DNA from: Dudresnaya verticillata
Lineage: Eukaryota
Assembly: GCA_977862235.1 (NCBI GenBank)
Contig: OZ374566.1
Span: 372,001 to 436,000, forward strand
DNA: 64,000 bases
Reading direction: 5' to 3'
Of the stretch, positions 33,295-44,719 are shown in pieces. A program made the position numbers and the translations under genes. Under the pieces are notes generated by a model. It did not search any database, had not been told where the DNA came from, and saw nothing but the letters and a program-made list of their open reading frames with translations. How positions within the stretch are numbered: position 1 is the stretch's first letter; every line of letters starts with the position of its first letter.

Positions 33295-36200
33295 TTAGCT
33301 TTTCTCTGCAGCACGTGGAATTCTGATTACCATCCGCCCAAGCTTTGACCCGGACCGCCCATCATCCCCAATCCCAGAGGACCCATTCTCGCGGGCCTGG
33401 TCTCCAAAGCTCGGCTCATGCAACCGGCCATCCTCCCTATGCTTCTTTTTCTTTTTCTTTTTCCGGTGGCCATCCTCTTCACCCTCGTGACGCCTTTTCT
33501 TCTTCTTTTTCTTTTTCTTCCTTTCACTGTCAGTCCCATTCGCCAAACTAGATGCGCAGCCGTTGGTACCATCAAAACCACTATCATTTCGCGTTGCTGT
33601 TCCCTCGCGAAGCTGCTTTTCTTCCCGCTTGCGTGCTCTTTGGGCCTTAAGAGACCGGAATGCCTTATCAAGGAACATCGTATCCTCCTTGTCCAGAGGA
33701 TGCCATCCAAGAGAGCAAGTGTCGTAAGACCGCTGTGCGATGACGCTCTTCGGTACACTCGGGTTCGCCCTCGGCTCGCTTTTTGGGATCACTATCGCTT
33801 TCTTTGGTACGCTCTTGGGGATGCTAATACCGCGACTTCCAGTTGAAGCGCCGGTCATAGAACTCCCTTTCTGCACACTCTTTGGAATGCCCTTTGCGAG
33901 ACTCGCAGGAACGCTTTTGGGAATGTTCTTCGAGATACCACCAGCAGCTTTGACTGGCCCGGACAGCTTGACTGGCCCAGAAGGCTTAACTGGCCCAGAA
34001 GACTTGACAGGCCCAGAAGACTTGACAGACCCGGAAGGCTTAACAGACCCGGGAGGCTTGACAGATGTCTCTCGCGGTCGTTTCAGCACTGGAGTTTCCT
34101 GCATACTGCTGGTATTAACCGCTGAACTCCTTGGCACACTGAGGGGTACTTTGATGCCCGCTGCGGGAGCCTTGGGCAGCCTCGGGGCCGTTTCTGATGG
34201 TGACGAAGAATGGCGATTTTTCATCATCTGTTCCGCAGGACCACGGCTTTGTTTCTCAGAACCACTGTCCCTGGCATCAACATCAATAGGTGCGGGAGCG
34301 ACATTACTTAGCGCAACACTGGGCACTGATCGGGGAACGCTGAGCGGAACGGATATCTTCTTCTTGCTACTCTTAGAGCTTTTGCTGCTCTTCGCATTCT
34401 TAGCTGCCTTCGGAGGCTTAAGATTCTTCAAAGTCCTCATCGGTTCTGCTCTTGTCCGCTGGGAGGCGCTTCCGGTCGTCTTCACGGGTACAATGGTCGT
34501 CGGAGCAGACGCTAGTCTGTGGCGCTTGGCGTCTGCATATTCCCCACGTGCTAATAAGCAGACGGGCACACCGTCTCCCCACACTGCCTTTGCCAAACGC
34601 AACGCTGAGTAGCGAACATTTGGGTGAGGATCAGCCACACAGAGGCGCAGTATCCGAAGACAAAAGTCCTTTGAAGCTTTTGTGTGACGGCGCAGAAAGA
34701 GCAGGAGCGGCGACATGCCCGCACCCCACTCCTTCGATAGCGCAGCCTCATAAAGCGCATCCAGGACCTTGTGTCTGAAGTTCGGCACTTCAAGGCCACC
34801 CCACTTCACTGAGCGCTGGTTCCGACGAGACCAGTACACATTTACGACGTCATCACCGGAAGTGTCCCGGTCGCACCTGGAAAGGAGCCATATCGCATAA
34901 TCAGCAAGACCGCCATACAAATGGGCAAGCGAAGACATCGCACTCAGCCTGATTCCATCGGAATGGCGACGGCTTGAGAGGTTGTTGATCGCACCGAGGA
35001 GTACATCGCTGGTCATGAACTCTCCAGAGAGCTTGGCCCGAGACAGATTGAGCCCATCCCTGCGGTACCTCACGACCATCTTGGCAACCTCAATATCGCG
35101 CAACGCTTTCGCCACTGCAGAAGAAACTAGAGCACTCTGAGTAGGCATAACCTTCTCCAGCGATCGGTATCGCTCTAGCTGCTGCGTGATGGATCGGGTT
35201 ATTGACTTCCGCTCCTCAGCACCAGCTTCGTTCCTATCATGCAGGGACAATACTGCAACGTTTGCACAAGCTTTCAATAAGTCAACGACGTAGTGATCAT
35301 CGTCAAACTCGTTGCCTGCATTGTCATTTGCCGAAAGGGTGTTCGAGAGGAACGTCGCAGCTTGAACAGGGATTGAGCCATATGGAGTGCTTGCGCTAAC
35401 AGATCCAGGAACACGCACTTCCGAAATAGCACGAATCACGGCCCTTTTCACGAAGTAGTTCGACAAATTCGAAAAGTTGTTTGGTCGAACAAGTCCAGTG
35501 CCATCTGTATAGCACGATTGGAAGTAGTTCAGCAGAAATGGAAGGCCTTGCTTTTGCTTGGTCAACCCCATCGCAGCCTCAGCACGCACTCTCCAGTAAA
35601 GTTGCTCGTCCTGCATAATGTCGCGCAGAGTTGTTTCAGACCTGAGCGTTATGATACCCGAAATGCCACGGCATACTTCAAACTGTGCAACTGCATCTCT
35701 CTCATTTCGGAACAATGAGTGCCATGCGTCCTCATCTTGTTTGAAGACTAGCTCCATGCACCAGTCATTCTCGTGGTCTATTCGCAGCCACAAAATCGGT
35801 GAAGCGCTATACGGGTTGCTTTTGAAATCCTTCTCTGCCTGGATAGCGGATTTGTGCTTCGCCCGGCGAGAATGACAGGGCAGCTCATGCACTGCAAGCT
35901 CATCCCGCACCTCTATTATGTGCTCCGAACTTCCCTCACACTCCATGACCTTTATACCCATTTTCCCCGGCATTGCCACACCCTTCCCACCAGTGTACGT
36001 TGGGTCGCTCCCGAGGCCTCTTTGCCGCACTCCCAATTCCACGCAGTGCTTCCTGGGGCAATACTTGTAACCGACTTGCAAACGAGGTATGCCTGAGGAA
36101 GAAGCCCATAGCCTGACTAGACTCCTCGCGTCGGTCCCACATATTGCCCGCAAGCGCTTCAGGAATGGCCCTACACTCACACCCTGGATAGCATCATCAA

Positions 36201-37911
36201 CTCCGGATGCAACGACTCCAGATGACCCGCTTTGTTCGGGGTGCTTCCCATTCAAGTCCTTCAAAACACGAGGTTTCTGTGGATTCGGCTTCGACGTGGT
36301 TTCGACCCACTGGTCATCGCTTACCACAGTCGGCCTCTCCAAGGCTCGCTCAAGAAGCATTACTACCGCCAGTGTTGACCCCCGCCCCTCAGTCACAATA
36401 TCACGCAGCGCCCGCTTCATTATGCTGCTCCCCACGCGTTTTTCGATCATATATACAATAATGTGGGACCGCCGCTTGACAGATCGCAGAGCCTGTTCAG
36501 AAATCCGATCAGCTCGAACTTTTGCCAGATCGAAGGAGACTTCCTGGCTTAATCTCTCCATTTCATCTATGATATGGAAGCGATACCAATTCCTTCCCAA
36601 GATAGCTTGGAGTCCAAGAGCAGTTACATGAGCTGCTAAACCTCGGATTAACCAGTCGTCTTCTGTATACCTTGGCCTCAAAAATCGGCCAAAGTACGAC
36701 ATGACTAATCCTAACATGATGGCTTCTCGAGCAACGAAACTCTCGTCAATGCTCCTGTTTGAATGAAGTAAATCCCCTGAATACAAGACGATACCTCCAG
36801 CTCCAGCAATAGCGCTGTCTGCTCGTGAACCCATTGAGCCCACGAAAACATGCTTGAACGAACTCGTTGGGGGGTCGGCGCAGAAATAATCGCGACAAAA
36901 CGCGACGGCCTTTGCGAAGAGCGGGGGTGAAGTATATACAAGCTCTTTCGCACGACCAGGTAAACAAAAATGAGTGACGGTATTCCCAAGGATTGGGTCC
37001 GGCAAGATAACAAACGGTCCCACGGCAAGAACGATTTCCGAGGCATGAGCCGGTGCGTGAAGGCGGTAGGAGAAGCATTTTATAGGGGTTCCTGTTTCTG
37101 AGTCCGGGGTCTTCTCACCAGGAAGCAATCGAGTCTCGACGAGCTCCCCGGACGCGACAACAGTCAGATCCGCCTTGACGGAAACGTCCAAGTCGAACAA
37201 GTAACGATCGCACCAATCCAGGGTATCTAGGCATGGCATCCAGAAACGCGGCATTCCGCATCGACTGTCTGTCAGCATGTAAACTGGATCAATCGCATTG
37301 CACTGCTCCGGGTCGCCACAAAACAATGCGCCAGCAGTAGGATCGAGCACTTCGTATTCTACTGTCACGTTAAGCGTTGGAAGAAAATCCAATGGCACTG
37401 CGGGTGGCGTCGTGAGGTCGGGAGGGTTATCACGGATAACTGCGGGATCTAGATTCGGGGGGTTTGGGCCGTGCTGAAGCGACTCCAACAAACCGTCATG
37501 GATGTCGCTTGACACAGACGCCGGTACGTAGACGACAAGCTCCCCGAGGTTGGACGCTGCATCATCACGCTCAAGCATGCTCTGCTCGATGTCCCGAACG
37601 CGGTGGCGGCCAGCTTCTGAAGACACAACCTCTAGCAGCTCTTGGTCGTCCAACGGGCTAGCCATACGGAACTGCGCTTTTCGTCCAGCTACAGTGCAAG
37701 AGCGAACCATGCATCTTCGGAGGTTGAGCGCGAAGCTGACGCAATTCGAGTTGATGGCCGAGAAGTTGAAAGTGGCAATGCCAGAGATGGTGCGGCGCTC
37801 AAGATCGATGTTAAGCTTGACATGCTGGCGCAGTATTCTCCAGCCGCGGGCCTTCTCCGATTCATGGAAGTGGGGGGGCTTAGGTTTGTCGACTTTCGCG
37901 GAAGCTACCAT
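33295..37911 (-). CDS. TAF2: TFIID subunit 2 (inactive M1-aminopeptidase fold) with low-complexity basic C-terminus
   Basis: RFWMPCLD, VVASGEL, LAVGPF, SPILWLRID, ERDAVAQFE, YWRVRAEAA, PNNFSNLSNYFVKR, NDNAGNEFDDDHY; HEXXH absent; K/H-rich tail. ATG at 37911. Confidence 0.9.
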   Translation of the reverse strand: MVASAKVDKPKPPHFHESEKARGWRILRQHVKLNIDLERRTISGIATFNFSAINSNCVSFALNLRRCMVRSCTVAGRKAQFRMASPLDDQELLEVVSSEAGRHRVRDIEQSMLERDDAASNLGELVVYVPASVSSDIHDGLLESLQHGPNPPNLDPAVIRDNPPDLTTPPAVPLDFLPTLNVTVEYEVLDPTAGALFCGDPEQCNAIDPVYMLTDSRCGMPRFWMPCLDTLDWCDRYLFDLDVSVKADLTVVASGELVETRLLPGEKTPDSETGTPIKCFSYRLHAPAHASEIVLAVGPFVILPDPILGNTVTHFCLPGRAKELVYTSPPLFAKAVAFCRDYFCADPPTSSFKHVFVGSMGSRADSAIAGAGGIVLYSGDLLHSNRSIDESFVAREAIMLGLVMSYFGRFLRPRYTEDDWLIRGLAAHVTALGLQAILGRNWYRFHIIDEMERLSQEVSFDLAKVRADRISEQALRSVKRRSHIIVYMIEKRVGSSIMKRALRDIVTEGRGSTLAVVMLLERALERPTVVSDDQWVETTSKPNPQKPRVLKDLNGKHPEQSGSSGVVASGVDDAIQGVSVGPFLKRLRAICGTDARSLVRLWASSSGIPRLQVGYKYCPRKHCVELGVRQRGLGSDPTYTGGKGVAMPGKMGIKVMECEGSSEHIIEVRDELAVHELPCHSRRAKHKSAIQAEKDFKSNPYSASPILWLRIDHENDWCMELVFKQDEDAWHSLFRNERDAVAQFEVCRGISGIITLRSETTLRDIMQDEQLYWRVRAEAAMGLTKQKQGLPFLLNYFQSCYTDGTGLVRPNNFSNLSNYFVKRAVIRAISEVRVPGSVSASTPYGSIPVQAATFLSNTLSANDNAGNEFDDDHYVVDLLKACANVAVLSLHDRNEAGAEERKSITRSITQQLERYRSLEKVMPTQSALVSSAVAKALRDIEVAKMVVRYRRDGLNLSRAKLSGEFMTSDVLLGAINNLSSRRHSDGIRLSAMSSLAHLYGGLADYAIWLLSRCDRDTSGDDVVNVYWSRRNQRSVKWGGLEVPNFRHKVLDALYEAALSKEWGAGMSPLLLFLRRHTKASKDFCLRILRLCVADPHPNVRYSALRLAKAVWGDGVPVCLLARGEYADAKRHRLASAPTTIVPVKTTGSASQRTRAEPMRTLKNLKPPKAAKNAKSSKSSKSSKKKISVPLSVPRSVPSVALSNVAPAPIDVDARDSGSEKQSRGPAEQMMKNRHSSSPSETAPRLPKAPAAGIKVPLSVPRSSAVNTSSMQETPVLKRPRETSVKPPGSVKPSGSVKSSGPVKSSGPVKPSGPVKLSGPVKAAGGISKNIPKSVPASLAKGIPKSVQKGSSMTGASTGSRGISIPKSVPKKAIVIPKSEPRANPSVPKSVIAQRSYDTCSLGWHPLDKEDTMFLDKAFRSLKAQRARKREEKQLREGTATRNDSGFDGTNGCASSLANGTDSERKKKKKKKKRRHEGEEDGHRKKKKKKKHREDGRLHEPSFGDQARENGSSGIGDDGRSGSKLGRMVIRIPRAAEKS
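33948..34065 (-). repeat. In-frame 18-bp repeat encoding (VKxxG[P/S]), about 6 copies, in TAF2
   Basis: Translation SVKPPGSVKPSGSVKSSGPVKSSGPVKPSGPVKLSGPVK. Confidence 0.85.
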
Positions 37912-38855
37912 GGCGCGGGGCTGGCCCTTCACGGGCAGGAGCACGGGGCCTGGAGCGGCGGGGAGAACGGCGCCGGGCGAGCGCCGGGACGGACTCGAAA
38001 GCGAGCACGCCACCGTCTCGGGCCGGCGTGTCGCGCCAGTTGCATGCGTTGGGGTCGGAGCAAGGGCGCCGCGCACGGCTTCGCAAATGTTGCGTGGAAG
38101 GCGGAGAGCGGGTATTGTCGACACGAGCAAAGCGGGTCGGAGAAGCCGGAGTGGTCGGGGAGCTCCTTCGGGAGGCTGTAGTGCGGTTCGGTTGGCGCAA
38201 GGGGAGGAGGGGGGAGGAGGAAGGCCGGGGAAGGTGAGGTCGACGTGCGCTGTCGTCCTGCCCACGCGTCGGGTGGGGGTGGGGGGGGGGAGAAAGGCGG
38301 GCAGGGGGTTGAAAAGGGTCTAGCAACAACGCAGCGGGAGTGATGATTTTTGTCGGGCAGCCGACGGGTGAGAGCGTTTTCGAGGGCATTTCGGCATGAA
38401 TCGATAAAAATCGAAACTTTTCGGGAGAGATCGAACTTACTGATTCGAATGAAAGTATGCGGGCCCGTCTTTACAGTTTGTGCTTGCTTACATCAGCATT
38501 CGGCCCCCACAGTCGGGCCCTCGGCCCGCTGACACACACTCAACCGCTGATGGAGCCCGTTCGATGGTCCCCGCACGACCCCGCTGAGGCTACTGACAGG
38601 AGATCCGCCCCGCCAGCCGCCCCAGGAAAGCCCCAGCTCTCCTCTTTGGCCCTTTTTTGCACAATTTTGTTTCTCGAGAATTGTAGCAATTCGAATGATA
38701 CAGACGCTCTCGAGCCTTCCGAGCCGTCAAGGGCAGTCTTCCCCGCTCTCCAAACGGGTTAAGCGGACTGTATCCACACCGCTGCGGCCTCGCTGACACA
38801 GATACGCACGCGTACACGACCCTCCCGCGTCTGCCATCGCGCCAGCACCGGTCTC

Positions 38856-38864
38856 CTATTTAAG
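38856..38864 (+). promoter_or_regulatory. TATA-like element (CTATTTAAG) upstream of the E2 gene
   Basis: AT-rich box in GC-rich context about 100 bp before ATG 38960; a similar box precedes MOT1. Confidence 0.4.
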
Positions 38865-38959
38865 GCGAGCGCGGCACGCCGCGCGTAACCCTCGGGCGCT
38901 TGGGTGTTGCACATCGCGAGTGCAACTGGCCAGCCTCCCACAGCACAGGTGGAGGCAAA

Positions 38960-39637
38960 ATGAACCGAAGCATGGCCAACCGACGGATGAAGCGCGAGCT
39001 GGAAATGCTGTCTCGCGGGGGGGCAGCACCTGGTATCGCGGCGTGGCCGCGCGACGAGGGCTCACGACTGGACGTGATTGACGCGGAGATCCGGGGCGCG
39101 GTGGGGACACCGTACGAGGGCGGGGTGTTTCGGCTCGAAGTGAGCATCCCGCCAGAGTACCCGCTCAAGCCTCCTCGTGTGCGCTTTTTGACGCGTATCT
39201 ACCACCCCAACATTGATGCGCAGGGACGCATCTGTCTCGACAGCCTCAACATGCCGCCCAAGGGCGCCTGGAAACCGTCGCTCAACGTCGCCACATTGCT
39301 CACCACGGTGCAAGCGCTCATGTCGGCGCCAAATGGAGATGATGGGCTCATGGCGGATATTACGGACGAGTTTCGCAGAAACCCTGGATTGTATATACGA
39401 AAGGCTAAAGAATGGACAGTGAAGTACGCATGTGGCGATGCCGGCGGGACAGAAGGGGATGCCGTACGGGAGAAGGCGGGGAGCGAGGGCGAGGAAGGTG
39501 CCGCGGTGGAGGCAGCCGGTGATGCGAGACAGGAGGCGGGCGACGCGGAGGAGGATGAGATCACGCCCGCAGTTGTGCCCGAAAGTGAAAACTGCACCGG
39601 GGCGAGCCGGCTGCGCAAAAAGCCACGGTTGCGGTAG
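38960..39637 (+). CDS. Ubiquitin-conjugating enzyme E2, UBE2T/UBC37-like
   Basis: GTPYEGGVF, YPLKPP, IYHPNIDAQGRICLDSLNMPPKGAWKPSLN; the PPKGAW insert is typical of UBE2T. Confidence 0.9.
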   Translation: MNRSMANRRMKRELEMLSRGGAAPGIAAWPRDEGSRLDVIDAEIRGAVGTPYEGGVFRLEVSIPPEYPLKPPRVRFLTRIYHPNIDAQGRICLDSLNMPPKGAWKPSLNVATLLTTVQALMSAPNGDDGLMADITDEFRRNPGLYIRKAKEWTVKYACGDAGGTEGDAVREKAGSEGEEGAAVEAAGDARQEAGDAEEDEITPAVVPESENCTGASRLRKKPRLR

Positions 39638-40539
39638 GCGCGAACTGTAAACTGTATAGTTAGCACCTGTACCAGTGCGGACATAGACACAAGATGCGCT
39701 CGACAAGCTCGGCGCAGGTGAAGGACGCCCGCATGGAGGGTGTGCGCAATACAAGGCAGGCGGACTCATCCACGAGGTGCTGCTTGAATACATCAAACAC
39801 AGAGCCCTGCGGTCGATGTTCTGTAGAGCACAGAAGAGCGCGGATCGGATAAAGAGGAAGGCATGGAAGGCATGATGTAAGCGCAGCGGGTCGGCCGTGC
39901 CGGCCCAACGCATTGCAGGTCACGTGACGTGCTGCCATGAGCCGCTGCGGGGAACACTTGGACGGCGACGAGTCGCCAGCCTCCATCGCCGTGCGCAATG
40001 TTAGGCAATGCGAGTGTCATCTGCGCTCGCGCATCTGTGAGACCAGGCCACCACTGCGCGCTTCTATGACCGCGTCGCTTGAGATGGGCGCAAACCCCCC
40101 GCCAAATGCCGCTCCGCCGCGGCCAGGCCGACAGTTCTCAACCCTTGGCCAACGCGCCCGCGCTCGTGACGCGGCCGCGCCGCCGCACAGCGTTAACGCC
40201 CACCCCTGCACGTGCGGCACGCAGCATTAAACCGCCCCCGCCGCGCTGTTCCACCCGTCCCCGGCTCGCGCGCGCACCGCGAGCCTTCCGCGTGGCATCA
40301 TCACGCGGCCCCTCACCCGCGTCCTCGTCGCCGGCCGAACCGCGGAGCACTCCCCAACGCGCCCCCTCGCCCCCTCCACAATAGACCTTGTTTCCGAATC
40401 GTGCCGCAGGCTACGCATCTTACCTGTCAACCCCATTGGTCTCAATCCCAAATTCGCGTTGCGTGCGGCGCAAAAAGTGCAAGTGCTCTCGAGCTGCCAA
40501 CTAGTCGCCGGTTACTAGCGGACACTGTACACCTCTCCC

Positions 40540-41745
40540 ATGTACTTCAATCACCTGTTCGACGAGGTGGACGGCCAGGAAAACTCTGGCCCGAACACCG
40601 AACAGCAACCCCCACCCGAGTCGCAGTCGCAGCCGCAGCCCCATCCATCGCGCCCTCCTCAACAGCAGCCGACGCCGCCACAGCAGCAGCAACCGCAGCG
40701 ATCCCCGTCGGAGCGCGGCCCCGAGCAAAAGCTCTCGCAAATCTCGCAAATGGAAAGCGCCCAGTCCACCCCGTGGCATAGCAGCAACCTCCCGCCTTCC
40801 CACGAGGACGGCGATGACGACCCCGATGAGGAGGACGACGATGAAGACGAGGAGCCCACCAAGACCCAGCCCGCAGTCGGGAAGAAGCGCAAGCAGGAAC
40901 TGCACCGTCGACACTCAAAACGCTACCGTGACAACCTCGGCGAGCTCTTCCAGAACCTCGAGCAGCTCCTGCCTAAGGTTGTCCCCGGCTGCAAACTGAA
41001 GACCAAGAGTCAGATCATCGCCAACAGCGTACAAGCGGTCCGCCGCCTTCGTGCAGAGGTCTCGTCCCTTGAAATGCAGTACGTCCTTTCCAGCCCCGCC
41101 AACCGCACCAAGTGGGTTGAGGATACCGTGCAGAAGGCCACATGTTTCCAAGAAGTCGCGGAGCCCTTCATGCGTCTACTGGTCGGCATACAGAGATGGA
41201 AGCACTCAGAGCTTTGGTGTCGCTACGAACTAAACACTCTTGCGGACGGGCCGGATGGGGGAGGTCCGGTTCTCAACCCGACCAACACGGTGCGCGACCT
41301 CGGACCAGCAGCTTCGAAGAAGTTTTTCTTGAAGCTGGAGCGAACCGCGTCCGCGCATGACATCACGGCCTCGGGTACTCCGGAAGGGTACGAGATATTC
41401 TCACAAATATCTCAGATGGTGACTTTTGTGGCCGGGGATGACAGCTTAGTTGGACGCATCGCCACCTCGCTTTCGCCGGAGTGGATCGATCTGCGAGACC
41501 CCGAATCGTACCGGGGGTTTAAGAGGAGTGACAGCGCTAGACAGTGTGGCTTTACGGTTTGTTTTGCTGTGCCTTTTCTGGTGAGAGGGCATGTGTTTGC
41601 GACCGTGTTGTTTTATGATGATCAGCAGCGTTCAGACGTCGGTCCAGATATAAGCATTGCACAAGATCTTGCAAGCTGTCTTGGGAACTGTTACGGTGCA
41701 TCGGGGGCACAGCAAGCAGATAATAGGCAAAAACCCGAGCGCTGA
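40540..41745 (+). CDS. bHLH transcription factor with C-terminal GAF-like (NLP-type) domain
   Basis: Q/P-rich and acidic N-terminus; HRRHSKRYRDNLGELFQNLEQLLP...KTKSQIIANSVQAVRRL; C-terminal SLVGRIA..LSPEW...FKR...ARQCGFTVCFAVP. Confidence 0.75.
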   Translation: MYFNHLFDEVDGQENSGPNTEQQPPPESQSQPQPHPSRPPQQQPTPPQQQQPQRSPSERGPEQKLSQISQMESAQSTPWHSSNLPPSHEDGDDDPDEEDDDEDEEPTKTQPAVGKKRKQELHRRHSKRYRDNLGELFQNLEQLLPKVVPGCKLKTKSQIIANSVQAVRRLRAEVSSLEMQYVLSSPANRTKWVEDTVQKATCFQEVAEPFMRLLVGIQRWKHSELWCRYELNTLADGPDGGGPVLNPTNTVRDLGPAASKKFFLKLERTASAHDITASGTPEGYEIFSQISQMVTFVAGDDSLVGRIATSLSPEWIDLRDPESYRGFKRSDSARQCGFTVCFAVPFLVRGHVFATVLFYDDQQRSDVGPDISIAQDLASCLGNCYGASGAQQADNRQKPER

Positions 41746-42215
41746 TAGACTGTGGGAAGGCACAACGCTAACCCAAGGGCCTTTTGGGTACGCGAATTGC
41801 GCCAACCGTAGGGAAAACCCGTATCTTTTCATGAGGATATGAGACCGTGCTGCTTCAAGGTAGACAGGTCCTTTCAGAATGACCTTCTTCGGGAACCGTT
41901 CGCAGCGGCAGCCCTCGAAGTGGTTGTGGACAAATGGACAACCCAAGAGGCGATGTATGGCACAGCTTAGTGAAACATTGCCGAACACCCTTCATCGCCT
42001 TCCGAGAGTTGCACGCATTTGCTTAGCCTTTCAAAGCCAAATGGCTGGTACCAGTCTAGGCTACCATCCTGTTTGCACCATTCATCCTCGATGAACGAAG
42101 GCCATAGTTCCCTGGACATATCGTGTGTGGACTTCCTCATGGGGTTTCTGTTGTGAAGACAAGAACAGGTTGTACATACAAAGTAGCGGATGTGTCAGAA
42201 TCGAATAAATGGTGG

Positions 42216-42647
42216 TCATGAGAAGTATCTCGCCAATCTTCTCGCCTTCGCAATGCTGTCGCGGAAGAGTCTTGAAATAGCGTACAGCGTCCTTGAAGGG
42301 CCCACTTGTCGGGGTGGGGGCGGCCTCACGACAGCCATGCTGTTGTCAGGAATATGAGAGAAGAGCGGCTCAGAAAATCTCACCCTCCTCTCCGTCCGAG
42401 AACGCTTCCTCTTCCGTTCCTCGGCCCCAACATCATCATGCACATCCGATGACCTCCTTTTTCGAGTTGCAAGGCGTCTTCGCGGGCCGGGGGTCGCCTG
42501 GTGTCCGGAACGTGGCGTGGCATTGCTACGAGTTCGCGGGATGCGTCGGAGCGCACGATTTGACCGTGCCGGTCGGTTCATAGCTGAGCCAAGTCCTGCG
42601 GGCTCTTGGATGCTGTGCCTCTCTGCGTGTAGACGCATAGGCCTCAT
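42216..42647 (-). CDS. Hypothetical Arg-rich protein with an RVRF (PP1-docking-like) motif
   Basis: ORF with NLS-like stretches and RRVRFSEP. 5' end uncertain; there may be an upstream exon. Confidence 0.3.
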   Translation of the reverse strand: MRPMRLHAERHSIQEPAGLGSAMNRPARSNRALRRIPRTRSNATPRSGHQATPGPRRRLATRKRRSSDVHDDVGAEERKRKRSRTERRVRFSEPLFSHIPDNSMAVVRPPPPRQVGPSRTLYAISRLFRDSIAKARRLARYFS

Positions 42648-43981
42648 CTTTTTACGGCGTTTTCCGAATCTCCGCAAGAAGAGAGAAGAAATATGCCAGA
42701 AAGATGAACTTGGAACGAAACGGCGATGACGTTCCAACGGGTGATGAGGTACGTCTGCAGCAGCCTGAGATGTTCTTTTTTTTCTTTTCAGTTGTCTTCG
42801 TGTACAGTGTTCCTCGTCGGAACATTAAAAAACACTGTCTCTGCCGAAACGCAATAACAACTTGAAACGTTCCGGTTCACCTTGACATTTTTCTCATGCA
42901 CACTTTTACGTTCGTAGTATAAAGAAAAAAACTCTCACGCAATACAATCAGGCAGGCAGAGGGCGTGAAGCAGCTCAGAAACACGTACTTCCAATTTAAA
43001 TGAAAGGGGCATTGAAGAAGATATTCTGAGGTAAGAAAATGAAAGGGCCAAAGGCGACCCAGAATTCATTTCAACTAGCCAGATGTGCTCTTCCCGATAA
43101 AAGCAAGGAGAAATCCGAACTAGGTTCTTACAAGTACAGTATGCTGATGCCTGGTCCGTGTCAGAGTATTTAAGGCAAGAAAAGGCTATTACGCAAAGCG
43201 TTCGATTGATGATTGTACAGTAGTAGCTCGCACCACAGAATTCATAATATCAACAATTAAGCAGCAGTACAGAGATGGTCTTTGCAGGGCATCTGAGAGC
43301 ACTATTCTTCAACATCACTAAGGTTCAAGCCATAATTTCCGTTTCTTTAGATGTAGAAAGGGCAGAATACGCAAAGGTGTCTTAAGCATTGCTATGCAAG
43401 CTTCTGCACAAACCCATTTGTTTTGCAAGCACATCATGCGTGATAGGAGGGGGTAAAATCGAATGGAGTTTGAAAACAGGTGCAAAGTTTTGAGTATTCC
43501 CAGTTCGCTAACTCAGCATCTGCATATGCTTACCCTTTTTTCATTTACATCCTTCATGCCTTGAAGAGTTCATCTAGAGCGTAGATCCGCCCGAGTCTCG
43601 GCTGTCTGAGAAGTTTGAGTTTTTTTTTTTTTATAAGAGCGGAGGAATGCTGTTAGTGCACAGTTGAAGGAATTCTAGATGTGAATCAGTGGAAACCCTA
43701 TCGGAAAGAAAACCTCTGCCTTGACAAAGGGATGTGCGCATACGTTCGTTCGCCTTCCCAAGGTCTCGACGAGCACGGCAAGCGACAACGATTGTAAGGT
43801 AACCATGCTGCAGCTGTAATGGAGTACTGTATTTTTTAAAGCACTGGTAGAAAATAGTACTGTAATGTGGGGTTCGTTCCGTCGGCGGTGGCGTTGCATT
43901 TGTCGCGATATGCGACAACGGCACGACCTTTGCTTGAGTGTTCAATACCATCCCACCTGACCCCCCCGCGAAGGCTTATGC

Positions 43982-44719
43982 ATGGGTGTGCCAAGCATGG
44001 AGGCCGAAAAGAAGATAGCAGAGGAGGCGCTCTCCAAGTTTTCTTCCACATTGGATGAGGTCGAAGCCAGTCTGCGGCCGATGCTGGCGGCGGTGGATGG
44101 TCTGCGCGCGACGACGAGCGAGGCCGAGTTGGATGCGATGTCGCGTGCTCGCACGCATATCACGCTGAGCTACGCCGCGAGCTCACTGTTCGTCATGTAC
44201 CTGCGCACGCAGGGAATGGACCCGCTTGAACACCCCGTTGTGGACGAGATCACCCGCATTCAGGAAGCATTCATGCGCATGCGCAAGGTCGAGGCCGGCC
44301 TTTCCGCGGGTTACCAGAAACCACCGGACCGCGACCGCAGAAGGCACATTCAGAACGTGCAGAAGAGCGAGGCGAAGCTAAGTTCGCTGTTATTCCCGGA
44401 GGAACGCGACCTCGTGAATGTGTTGTATGGGAAGGAGAAGCGCCCGCGAGCGAGCACGACTGTTGAAGAGGAGCGGGATGCTGATAGGGAGTCGGATAGT
44501 GATGTGGATGATGATGGCTTGGGTCACATCAAAGCTACTGAGAAGGAGGCAGAGGAAATGCGTCAAGATGCGGAGAAAAAGGATAGGCGGGAGGCACAGA
44601 AGAAGGAACGGAAGGAAAAGAAGCTGGAGAAGCAGCTTCGGAAGAGTAGCGGGATCTCAAAAGCGGAGAAAACCAAGAAGAAGCATAAGAAGAGAGGGAA
44701 GAAGAAGAATAAGGAATAA
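43982..44719 (+). CDS. C1D/Rrp47 (Sas10/Utp3/C1D family) nuclear protein
   Basis: RARTHITLSYAASSLFVMYLRTQGMDPLEHPVVDEITRI; Lys-rich tail. Confidence 0.85.
   Translation: MGVPSMEAEKKIAEEALSKFSSTLDEVEASLRPMLAAVDGLRATTSEAELDAMSRARTHITLSYAASSLFVMYLRTQGMDPLEHPVVDEITRIQEAFMRMRKVEAGLSAGYQKPPDRDRRRHIQNVQKSEAKLSSLLFPEERDLVNVLYGKEKRPRASTTVEEERDADRESDSDVDDDGLGHIKATEKEAEEMRQDAEKKDRREAQKKERKEKKLEKQLRKSSGISKAEKTKKKHKKRGKKKNKE

Noticed and set aside
37912..38265. N-terminal extensions in the ORF track from GTG/TTG starts (TAF2 here; similarly GSK3, MOT1, channel, ThiO, EPSPS)
   Set aside because: Eukaryotic genes; these are C-rich leaders upstream of the plausible ATG.
43619..43632. Poly-T run as a retroposon tail
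   Set aside because: No target-site duplication or element body identified.
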